DNA of 64,000 nucleotides from an uncultured delta proteobacterium (GTDB lineage Bacteria; Myxococcota_A; Polyangia; Polyangiales; Houyiibacteriaceae): NCBI GenBank assembly GCA_963792825.1, contig CAWBXS010000002.1, positions 455,198 to 519,197 of the forward strand, read 5' to 3'. Shown piece by piece: positions 27,436 to 35,762 of this stretch (position 1 is its first letter; each line of letters starts with the position of its first letter). The notes under the pieces were generated by a model. It saw only the letters and a program-made list of their open reading frames with translations, ran no database searches and was not told where the DNA came from. The position numbers and the translations under genes were made by a program.

Positions 27436-28652
27436 CGGCGACCTCGCAACGTGAACACTGGAGCATTTGAATCCGGTTCGCCCTCGAGCGCCAACCCGAT
27501 CGCGATCGGGTCGTTCACGTGGAGACTTTCGGGATCGATCGGCCGAACTTCGGTGAAAGCGCCGTCGGACAGCCCGGCTTCAACGGGGATCTCCTCGAGC
27601 TCGGACCCTCTGACCCGCCAGACGCGACTGCGTGCGGGGGCATCGCTGGCGCCCTGCGGGGTGAACCGAAGCGTCGCTTCACGCACCGTGAGCACGTCGT
27701 CGACCTGAGCAACCTTGATTCGGACCATTGCCGTCATGCCGGGAAGCAGCAGGTGCTCTGGGTTCTCCGTCGCAAGCGTGACGTCGTAGAAGATCGCGCC
27801 GTACTCGGTGCGGGGGTCAGGGCTGATGTGCTTTACCTTCGCCTCGAAGACGCGGCCTGGGTAGGTGGGCACTTCGAATTTCGCATCCAAGCCAACGGTC
27901 ACGTCACCGATGTCGGCCTCGCCAATCGGGGCGGCAACGTTCATCTGGTCGACGGGCGCGCCGATTCGGAACAAGCGGTCCGGGGGCGCTACGATCGTCC
28001 CGGTGTGGGGTGGGACCTCGAGAACCAGGCCTGCGCGAGGAGCCACGATGTCGGTCCTGTCTCGCTCGCGCTCCCGGAGGGAGGCTCGTTCGAGGGACGC
28101 GTCACGTTCTGCCCGCGCGGCTTGAACCGTGGCGCGAGCTTTGACCATTTCGGAACGTGCGGTCTCGAGGTCGCTCTGACTGGCCAGGCTCTTTTCGGCG
28201 AGGCGCTCCGTGCGGGCGAGGGTTTCAGCGGCTCGCTGAGAGGCCGCTTCCGCCTCCGAGACACGCGCGCGCGCTGCTTGGAGCTCCGATTGAGCCACGC
28301 GGAAGGCGATGTCGGCGGGACCCTCGTCGAGCTGCGCGAGAAGCTGGCCCTCTTCGACATTGTCGCCCGTCTGCACCGCAATCCTGGTGAGCTGCCCCTC
28401 GAACGGCGACGGCACCTCGACTTCGTCGGTCAGCTCTAGATGCCCGGTCACCCGGATCTCCTTGACGATCGAGGTTCGCGTGACCTGCGCCACCCGGTAG
28501 GGGCTTTGCCTGGGACCACGGGTCAGGAAGTAAGTCGCAACGCCGCTTACGGCGACCAGCACGGCGACGACGATTGCAATGATCCGGCGGCGTGGGGAAT
28601 CGAGCCTCGGAATCTCGAGTCTTTCATCGACCGCTGTGGGCGTCCCTTCCAT
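27432..28652 (-). CDS. efflux periplasmic adaptor (MacA/HlyD family)
   Basis: Start trimmed to MEGTPTAVDE...RRRIIAIVVAVLVAVSGV (TM anchor). It has a lipoyl-like GQLTRIAVQTGDNVEEGQLLAQLD motif, a long coiled coil and a beta-barrel. Confidence 0.85.
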   Translation of the reverse strand: MEGTPTAVDERLEIPRLDSPRRRIIAIVVAVLVAVSGVATYFLTRGPRQSPYRVAQVTRTSIVKEIRVTGHLELTDEVEVPSPFEGQLTRIAVQTGDNVEEGQLLAQLDEGPADIAFRVAQSELQAARARVSEAEAASQRAAETLARTERLAEKSLASQSDLETARSEMVKARATVQAARAERDASLERASLRERERDRTDIVAPRAGLVLEVPPHTGTIVAPPDRLFRIGAPVDQMNVAAPIGEADIGDVTVGLDAKFEVPTYPGRVFEAKVKHISPDPRTEYGAIFYDVTLATENPEHLLLPGMTAMVRIKVAQVDDVLTVREATLRFTPQGASDAPARSRVWRVRGSELEEIPVEAGLSDGAFTEVRPIDPESLHVNDPIAIGLALEGEPDSNAPVFTLRGRR

Positions 28653-28723
28653 GTCGGCGATAAATAGGCTTTCCGGCTCGACGACGCCAGGCGCTACCAA
28701 CGTGCTCGGGTCGCGGAGACCCC

Positions 28724-29308
28724 TTATACGGCTTGACCCTCGTTGACCATGCGGCGAGCAGCGCTGCAAATGGAAGCCACTGCCGTACCGCCGAAGATCA
28801 TCTGAATCCCGGCAAGAGTGCCGACGGCCCATACTCCCGAGATGGGAAACTGCCGCCAGATCATGACGCCGAGCGCCAGCGCCACGACGCCACTAAAAAG
28901 CGCCCAGCCCCATCCCTTGATCGGTCGAAGCCGAAACGCCCAGATGATCTCCACGATGCCGACAGCGACGAAATAGACTGCCAACACCAAGGTCAGCGTC
29001 GCGAGCGCCATTCCGGGACGGGCGAGCATGTAGCCTCCAATGATGATCGACAGCACGCCCATCAAGAAGACCATCAATCCGTGTCCGAACGAGCCCATCC
29101 TGAAGGCGAGAAAGAGCCGTGACGCGCCGGACGCGATCAGAAGCACACCCACTGCAACTGCGATCGAGATGCCGGCCACCAACGGGGAGAGCAAGGCGAG
29201 CACACCGGCGATGACCACGACGATGGAAACCACCATGCCCACCCCGGCATGGCGCTTGATCATTCCGAGCATTTCTTGATCTGCGTCTTGCATACCGTTG
29301 ATCATCAC
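28724..29308 (-). CDS. HdeD/DUF308 family membrane protein
   Basis: 194 aa with six hydrophobic helices showing repeated DUF308-type spacing (GVLALLSPL..., LGVMIWRQFP...). Confidence 0.7.
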   Translation of the reverse strand: MMINGMQDADQEMLGMIKRHAGVGMVVSIVVVIAGVLALLSPLVAGISIAVAVGVLLIASGASRLFLAFRMGSFGHGLMVFLMGVLSIIIGGYMLARPGMALATLTLVLAVYFVAVGIVEIIWAFRLRPIKGWGWALFSGVVALALGVMIWRQFPISGVWAVGTLAGIQMIFGGTAVASICSAARRMVNEGQAV

Positions 29309-29423
29309 TTACCTCCCAAGGGTCCGATGGGAGCCCGGGGCGGATGAAATCGCAAGGGAGAAATCACTAGACTTGACCCGGCACGCGACGAGCCCGGCGA
29401 GGCACTTCGCCGACGCTGACGCG

Positions 29424-29440
29424 AACGCAGATTCTGCGTT
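29424..29440. promoter_or_regulatory. 17-bp palindrome AACGCAGA-T-TCTGCGTT in a divergent intergenic region
   Basis: Perfect 8-bp arms read directly from the sequence. It lies ~115 nt upstream of the hdeD-like start (minus) and ~120 nt upstream of the C25-like lipoprotein start (plus). Confidence 0.3.
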
Positions 29441-29560
29441 TCGACCTCCCGGGCGCAAACGGTTCACGCGTGAATACAGAAATGTCGAGGAAACGCCGCG
29501 CCGCGTCAATGCCTCGCTTGGCATGGTCTTTGCGTAGCTCCACTACGGAGGAAGGCAGCT

Positions 29561-30808
29561 ATGCTGATTTCCCGCTATTTGCATGGTTTCGATCGGTGGT
29601 ATGCGGCTCTGCTGATCGCGTTGTTGGTTGGATGCGGCGCTGATTCGACGAGGGGCTTGTTGGTCGTCGTCGACAGCTCCCTCTACGAGCCGTTGCAAGC
29701 AAGCCTCGATCAGTACGCGCAATCGGTGCAGAGCGAGGGCTATGAGGTCTACGTCGAACCCTGGAACCCCGGGACCGTCGATGACCTCAAGGCTTTGGTG
29801 TTCGACTATGTCGATCGTCATCACGTCGAAGGTGCGCTCCTCATTGGCGACTTACCCGCCGCTTGGTACGAAATGATCAACCAGAGCACGAGTGTCTACG
29901 ACGACTTCCCGGTCGACCTTTATCTGCAAGACCGCGATGCTGTGTGGACCGACGAAGACGAGAATGGCCGCTTGGACCATCATTCGGAGCTCAATCTAGA
30001 TATCTACACATCGCGCCTCACGGGAACGGTGGAACAGCTCGAGAAATACTTCGCGCGCGCGAAGCGCTACCGCGAGGACGGTCCACTGGTCGATGTGTCA
30101 GCCTTCATCTTTCTCGATGACGACTGGTCCAGAGCGAACACGACAGACACATTCTACCTGAACAAGCTCTACAGCTCGGTCGAAGTCATCCAGACCGTGG
30201 CAGACAGCACACGCGACAACTATCTCGCTAGGCTCACGGGTCGGGGAGCCGAGCTCGTCTACCAGGCGATTCACGGGAGCTCGCTTGCACTCTGGTTCAA
30301 TGACCTCGACGAACAAGGCCAAAAAATCCTGAGCAACGTCCTGCTGAGCGAAATTCCCAGGTACAACTTCAAAGGGTCATTCTACATCTTGTCGGACTGT
30401 AGGGCTGCAAGGTTTACGGTGCCCAACATAGCCGAGGCCTACACCGTTGGGACCGACTACGGGCTTGCGATCGTCGGCTCCACCAAGATAGGGCAAATGC
30501 TGAACCCACGCGTCTTCGACAAAGGCTTGGCTCTCGGCCGTGGCTGGGGCGAAGCCTACAAGGCATGGTACAACGAGGAAGGCAAGCGCAGCGACGAGTA
30601 TCAACTGGGCATGGTCCTCATGGGGGATCCACTGTTGCGCCTCACGGGGGACCTGACGCCATCGGCAGGCGACTTCCCTGACTCGACCCGAGCGAGCCCT
30701 GAGGGACTGGACGTTCTGCCCCAAGAGGAGATCATGGAGAATTGCAGTGGCAACTCGGACACGTTCGAGGAGTACCGAGCTGCCCATCCGGAGTTCTTTG
30801 GTGACTGA
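29561..30808 (+). CDS. gingipain/C25-like (clan CD) cysteine peptidase homologue, lipoprotein
   Basis: The lipobox is in ALLIALLVGCGADS. Motifs appear in C25 order: LLVVVDSSLYEPL, ALLIGDLPAAWYE and DLYLQDRD..DIYTSRL. These are followed by the His in YQAIHGSS (30272-30274), the Cys in YILSDCRAARF (30398-30400), GLAIVGSTK and VLMGDPLLRL. Confidence 0.65.
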   Translation: MLISRYLHGFDRWYAALLIALLVGCGADSTRGLLVVVDSSLYEPLQASLDQYAQSVQSEGYEVYVEPWNPGTVDDLKALVFDYVDRHHVEGALLIGDLPAAWYEMINQSTSVYDDFPVDLYLQDRDAVWTDEDENGRLDHHSELNLDIYTSRLTGTVEQLEKYFARAKRYREDGPLVDVSAFIFLDDDWSRANTTDTFYLNKLYSSVEVIQTVADSTRDNYLARLTGRGAELVYQAIHGSSLALWFNDLDEQGQKILSNVLLSEIPRYNFKGSFYILSDCRAARFTVPNIAEAYTVGTDYGLAIVGSTKIGQMLNPRVFDKGLALGRGWGEAYKAWYNEEGKRSDEYQLGMVLMGDPLLRLTGDLTPSAGDFPDSTRASPEGLDVLPQEEIMENCSGNSDTFEEYRAAHPEFFGD

Positions 30809-30830
30809 GCTCCGCAGGGCCTCGGGGAGG

Positions 30831-31583
30831 ATGGCCATGATGCATGACCTCTTCGGATTTCTGGGCCTGGTCACGCTCAGTGCCCTTTCCCTGGTTGGGT
30901 GTGGTGGAACCGGCGGCTCCGGTGGCACCGGTGGCACGGGCGGCGTGACCTCCATCGCTCGGATCGTGGTCGTCAGAGAGTGGAACGAGGTGAACGGCTT
31001 TTTGGAGCCGCTCGAGGCCGTGGAGATCTGCGACACGGACACGGCCAACTGCGTGCAGACCGACGCGGCGGGGCGCGCCACGGTGTGGGTGCCGATCGAT
31101 CAAGAGTTCAGCTTCACCGCTGAAAAGGACGGCTACACGCCCTATTTACTGTCGGGCTTCATGCCAGCGGAGCCGGAAATCTTCCCCCGGTTCGGCATGT
31201 CCACGGAGCAACGCTTGGCCGATCTGCATGCGCTGGTCATGTCGCCATACCCGATGCAGGGTACTGGCTCGATCGTCGTCGTGTTTCTGACTCCCATCGC
31301 AGGCGCGACGCTCGAGCTGGGGTATGCGGCCGGCAAAGCATACTACTATGATGAGCAAGGAAACTGGGACGCCAACCTCCCCGCAACGACATCTTCGGGA
31401 CGCGGCCCGGGGGGCGGCTTCACCGAGGTCGACCCGGGGGAAGTCGAAATCCAGATTGGCGGAACCGCTGAGGGTTGCGTAGTGGTCTCGGGCTGGCCGG
31501 GCGAAGTCAAAAACAGCGTCCGAGTGCCGATTCTGGCCGGTCACTTGAGCTGGGTGCTCCTATCTTGCGAGGTTTCGCAGTAG
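30831..31583 (+). CDS. hypothetical Gly-tethered lipoprotein, tandem paralogue 1 (possible CarboxypepD_reg-like beta-sandwich)
   Basis: ATG 30831 follows GGGGAGG. MAMMHDLFGFLGLVTLSALSLVGCGGTGGSGGTGGTGG. Then EICDTDTANCVQTDAAGRATVWVPIDQEFSFTAEKDGY resembles a prealbumin-like fold. It lies 22 nt after the C25-like gene. Confidence 0.6.
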   Translation: MAMMHDLFGFLGLVTLSALSLVGCGGTGGSGGTGGTGGVTSIARIVVVREWNEVNGFLEPLEAVEICDTDTANCVQTDAAGRATVWVPIDQEFSFTAEKDGYTPYLLSGFMPAEPEIFPRFGMSTEQRLADLHALVMSPYPMQGTGSIVVVFLTPIAGATLELGYAAGKAYYYDEQGNWDANLPATTSSGRGPGGGFTEVDPGEVEIQIGGTAEGCVVVSGWPGEVKNSVRVPILAGHLSWVLLSCEVSQ

Positions 31584-31600
31584 ACGGGAGCCGAGTAGCC

Positions 31601-32374
31601 ATGCGTTATTTGTTCTTACTTCTCATCGCGGTCGCGCTCAGCATGGTGTCGCTGGTTTACTGCGGCGATGAAAGCGGAGTCGGAGGTTCCGGAGGCGGCG
31701 GCGGAACGGGTGGAGTGAGCACGACGCCTAGGATCGTCGTGATCAAGGAGTGGAGCCCGTTGATCGGCCTCGTGGGGGTGCTGCAAGGCGTGAAGATCTG
31801 CGGCACCGATACCGGCGACTGCGTGCTGACCGACGCTGCAGGGCGGGCCACCGTACAGATTCCCATCGGGCGGGAATTCAGCTTCACCTTGGACAAAGAG
31901 GGTGAGGCGCCGTTCTTGCTGCCAGACTTCGATCCATCGGGGGTCGAGCTCTTCCCCACGTTCGGCATGGTCATGGACCAGCGGCAAGCGGACATGCACG
32001 CGCGGGTGATGTCACCGTACCCCATGGAGGGCACCGGATCGATCGTGATCGTCTTCGAGCCCAGGTTCTCGACGATAGCAACCGGCTGTGTCGGGGTCGC
32101 GGGCGTGACCCTCGACCTCGCCGATGCGACCGGCAAGTACTACTACTACGATGAGCAGGGGAATTGGGACGCGGATCTCACGGCGACGACGTGTTGGGGC
32201 TGGGGCGGTTTCACAGAGGTGACCCCAGGTATTGTCGAGGTGGAAATCGGGGGAAACGCCGAGGGTTGCGTCGTGCTGCAGGGTTGGCCTGGCGAGGTCG
32301 AAAACAGCGTCAGAATGCCCATCCAAGCCGGGTATTTGACCCGCGTCCGCGTAGCCTGCGACGCCCCGGAGTAG
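31601..32374 (+). CDS. hypothetical Gly-tethered lipoprotein, tandem paralogue 2
   Basis: ATG 31601. MRYLFLLLIAVALSMVSLVYCGDESGVGGSGGGGGTGG; Tyr at -1 is an atypical lipobox position. It shares long identical runs with 30831-31583 (TDAAGRATV, VMSPYPM.GTGSIV, YYYDEQGNWDA, GWPGEV.NSVR). Confidence 0.6.
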   Translation: MRYLFLLLIAVALSMVSLVYCGDESGVGGSGGGGGTGGVSTTPRIVVIKEWSPLIGLVGVLQGVKICGTDTGDCVLTDAAGRATVQIPIGREFSFTLDKEGEAPFLLPDFDPSGVELFPTFGMVMDQRQADMHARVMSPYPMEGTGSIVIVFEPRFSTIATGCVGVAGVTLDLADATGKYYYYDEQGNWDADLTATTCWGWGGFTEVTPGIVEVEIGGNAEGCVVLQGWPGEVENSVRMPIQAGYLTRVRVACDAPE

Positions 32375-32388
32375 GAGGCCTCAATGCT

Positions 32389-33550
32389 TCATTTACTGTG
32401 TACGGCGCCAACGACGATCTCACCGATCCGGGTCAATCCTTCGGTGAGGATCTGTGGAGGCGTGAGGAGGCTGACGACCACCCAGGCCTCGTCGGGGAAA
32501 TCATAGAACCACCCGGGTTGCACGAGCACGCCATGAGTCGAGGAAACCGAGGACCCATCGTTCTTCCGACAAGACCTCGGGCAACCGTAGGACTTGATAC
32601 CAGCCCCCTTGCACCGGAAGCGCCGAGATCTCGGGAACGTCCTGCTGGAGGAGACCTGCGGCTTGGCGGTTGTGCTGCAATCGCTCGAAAATCCGGTCGC
32701 GCCGCGCTGCCGAAACGGTCGTCACGAGCGACGGAAGCGCGCGCTGGGCAACCTCGTTGGCCGACAGATAGGTGTCGGTGATCAGATCGAGATGGGCGAG
32801 CGCGCGCTCGACCCGGTCGTTCTCTCCGGAAACGGCGATCCAACTGAGCTTCAGCTGAGGGAGCGCAGCGGCTTTCGACAGCCCGCCCAGCGCAAAAAGC
32901 AAGCCTGAGCGTGCCCTGGTGTGACGCAAGGGCGATGGCTCGGCGCAGCGAAGATCGTAGGCCGCGAAGACCTCATCCAACACCACCGGTCGACCATGGC
33001 TCAGAAGAAAGTCGAGGTCGTCTGCCGAGAGATAGGCTCCGGTCGGATTGTTCGGGCTCACTGCGAGGATGAGCCTCACCCGCGGATTCAGGCGCTCGAG
33101 GAACGCCGTGCGATCGATGTGCCACTCGCCGTCATACCGAAACCCGTAGGGCGAGGCGACCGTGCCTTCGAGCCGCGCCAGCATCGGGAGCAGGGGATAG
33201 CTCGGTTCGGGAATCAAGACATGGTCGCCTGGATCACAAAAGAGCTTGATGAGAAACGAGTATGCGTCGCTCGTCGTGGCCGTGAGCACCAAGTGCTCTT
33301 CGTCCCATTCGAGCTGCTCACCGAGCGCGCGTCGCGCCGAAGCGAGCCCCCGGGGTTGCGGGTCATAGGTAGTCGGATGGACGGCGCAGATCGCCCGGCG
33401 CACCTCTTCGTCGTCAAACGCAAGCTCGACGGACGTCGGATTCGAGAGGGTCAGATCCCAGGTAGGCGGCTTCGCTGCCATCGCGCGGGCGACCGTGTTG
33501 AGAGTCAGGTCGAACGTCCCTCGTGTCGAAAACATTGAATGATCATCCAT
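32389..33550 (-). pseudogene. class I/II PLP-dependent aminotransferase with an apparent 1-nt frameshift near 32536-32545
   Basis: The track ORF (32501-33550) has ILAVSPNNPTGAY and LGGLSKAAALPQLKLSWI (PLP-Lys) but ends abnormally (...GFLDSWRARATRVVL*). A neighbouring frame continues with the canonical family C-terminus HGVLVQPGWFYDFPDEAWVVVSLLTPPQILTEGLTRIGEIV to a TGA at 32389-32391. This could be a sequencing indel. Confidence 0.75.
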
Positions 33551-34757
33551 GGTCCTGCCTCCGCTTCGCGAGCAGGAACAGGGGAATCGCCATGAGCTGC
33601 GCCGTAACGGAGGCGATCACGAGAGCGGCAACGGAGATGTCGTAAAGCCATCCGAGCAAGGCGCTGCCCAAGAACCAGAACACCCCGAAGATCATGTTGA
33701 AAAGGCCATACGCCGTGCCGCGCAGGTCGTGAGGGGCCATTCCGGCGACCGCGGCTCGCATGATCGATTCTTGCGCACCCAACCCCGCGCCCCAAAGGAC
33801 GACCCCGGCGAGCGCAGAGCCAAAGAGGTGTCCGAAGGCAAGCGGCGCGAAGAACGCGGAGACGCCAGTCGACACTGCGAGGACCGCGATGCCTCTCCGG
33901 TCGAACCAGCGGCCGAATAAGAGCGCCGAGACTGCATCGACGGCCATGGCAACGGAATAGAGGATGGGAATCCAGGTCGTGGGCACGGTACCCTTGACCT
34001 GAAAATGATACGCGAGCAGCGGATAATCAGCGTAGCCCACGGCGACGAAACAAGTAGCGGCCAAGTAGACCCGGAATGCCGGCGAAAACCCCTTCGCAAA
34101 CAAGTCCCGGCCGACGGGCTCGAGCTCATGCGGCCTCGGATAGAGCCGGCGGGCGAAGAGCAGGACGCTCAGCGCTGCGAGCGCCGGCAAGAGCAGCACG
34201 GCGAATGCCATGCGGTAATCGCCCCGCAGCCATAAGACTCCAGCGACGACCATCGGACCGAGGGTAGCCCCGACTTGATCCATTGCTTCGTGCAGCCCGA
34301 AGCCCCAACCGCGTCCCGCCTCGTGCGTCGCATAGGAAAGCATCGCATCGCGAGCGGGTGTGCGAATCGCCTTGCCGGTGCGTTCGACGATGATCATCGC
34401 AGCGGCGGCGGGCCAATTGTCCGCCAACGCGAGCGCTGGGACCGCGAGGAGATTGACGGCATAGCCGACTATCGTGAGTGCCCAATAGCGCTGCGTGCGA
34501 TCCGCGAGGTGACCAGACCAGAGCCGTAGGGCATAACCGACCAGCTCTCCGGCACCGGCGACGGCTCCGACCGCCGCGGCGGAGGCGCCGAGCAGAGCCA
34601 GGTAGGGACCCGTGACGGAGCGCGCGCCTTCGTACGTCACGTCGGCGAACAGGCTGACGATGCCCAGCAGCACGACGAATCTCAGCGGCTTAGTCAGTTC
34701 CTTCACGGAGTCACTCGCGCTTTTCTCGGGACCCGAACCCCGTCCGCTCTCTATCAC
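33543..34757 (-). CDS. MFS transporter
   Basis: 404 aa, 12 predicted TM helices, MFS loop motif (GHLADRTQRYW). It lies upstream of, and overlapping, the aminotransferase start. Confidence 0.85.
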   Translation of the reverse strand: MIESGRGSGPEKSASDSVKELTKPLRFVVLLGIVSLFADVTYEGARSVTGPYLALLGASAAAVGAVAGAGELVGYALRLWSGHLADRTQRYWALTIVGYAVNLLAVPALALADNWPAAAAMIIVERTGKAIRTPARDAMLSYATHEAGRGWGFGLHEAMDQVGATLGPMVVAGVLWLRGDYRMAFAVLLLPALAALSVLLFARRLYPRPHELEPVGRDLFAKGFSPAFRVYLAATCFVAVGYADYPLLAYHFQVKGTVPTTWIPILYSVAMAVDAVSALLFGRWFDRRGIAVLAVSTGVSAFFAPLAFGHLFGSALAGVVLWGAGLGAQESIMRAAVAGMAPHDLRGTAYGLFNMIFGVFWFLGSALLGWLYDISVAALVIASVTAQLMAIPLFLLAKRRQDHG

Positions 34758-34853
34758 GAACGGACGGATGGATCGCGGGCCGTGTTCCAGCTATGCGTGA
34801 CAGAGCGAGGGCAGGCCGATAGGCTACGCCCAACGCGTTCGGGAGGTGGTCCG

Positions 34854-35756
34854 ATGAACCGATGCTTGAAGTCAATCCTCGTTGTATCCGTGATGCTCAC
34901 CGGGTGTGGTGAATCGAGCTCGCTCGAACCCCCTAGGACCTGCGCAACCGATATCGTCATGGGTGAGGTCCAGGCCTTCGGCCCACCGACGCCGATGAGA
35001 ACGGAAGGAATCACCTTCGACGCCAATGGGAATCTCTTCGTCTCCGCGATCGACAGCACCGCGGATGACCAGTTGCTCTCGATCGGCACCGACGGTTCCT
35101 CCACCCTCGTGGCAGAAGCGGCATCGATTCTCGGCCTCGCAAGCGATCCGAACGGCATCCTCGCGGCAGCGATCGACACGGGTGAGCTCCTGCTGTTCGA
35201 TCCGTCGGACGGCTCGTCTCAGGTCATCGCACAGGACCTCGGCGCACCCAACTTCGTCATCACGACACCTTGGGACACGTTTCTCGTCTCCGACGACACC
35301 ATTGGTGAAGCCGCAATTGACGAGGTGACGCCAGAGGGAGCAACTTCCACTTGGGTGCAAGGCGTGCCCACGCCAAACGGGATGGTGTTCTCGCTCGACG
35401 GACGAACGCTCTACGTCGCCTCGACCTTCGAAGAGCCGGGCCTTTGGAGGGTCCCGGTCTCCGCCGACGGGCAGGCCGGAACACCGGAGAAGTGGGTCGC
35501 CTTCGCGTCCCAGACGACACCCGACGGCGTCGCGATCGACAGCGAAGGCAATGTCTACGTCGCCCTCAACATCGCGGGCCAGATTGCGCAGGTGGATGCA
35601 GAGGGCAACATCACCATCATCGCCGAGGGAGTAGACACGGTAGCGAGCCTCGCGTTCGGCCAAGGCGAGTTCGACCCCTGCTCGATCTATGCGACCAGCC
35701 TGTTCGGCACTCAGCTGTGGAGAGTCGGCGTCGGCATCCTCGGTACGGAGAAGTAG
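34854..35756 (+). CDS. SMP-30/gluconolactonase/LRE-like beta-propeller lipoprotein
   Basis: ATG 34854 follows GGGAGG. MNRCLKSILVVSVMLTGCGESS is the lipobox region. Repeated blade motifs include PNGMVFSLDGRTLYVAST and PDGVAIDSEGNVYVA. Confidence 0.7.
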   Translation: MNRCLKSILVVSVMLTGCGESSSLEPPRTCATDIVMGEVQAFGPPTPMRTEGITFDANGNLFVSAIDSTADDQLLSIGTDGSSTLVAEAASILGLASDPNGILAAAIDTGELLLFDPSDGSSQVIAQDLGAPNFVITTPWDTFLVSDDTIGEAAIDEVTPEGATSTWVQGVPTPNGMVFSLDGRTLYVASTFEEPGLWRVPVSADGQAGTPEKWVAFASQTTPDGVAIDSEGNVYVALNIAGQIAQVDAEGNITIIAEGVDTVASLAFGQGEFDPCSIYATSLFGTQLWRVGVGILGTEK

Positions 35757-35762
35757 TCGTTT

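Noticed and set aside
32416-32452. Strong hairpin (GATCTCACCGA...TCGGTGAGGATC) between convergent genes, initially taken for a bidirectional terminator.
   Set aside because: It lies inside the shifted-frame C-terminal coding sequence of the aminotransferase (LTEGLTRIGEIV). It is therefore coding sequence, not an intergenic terminator.
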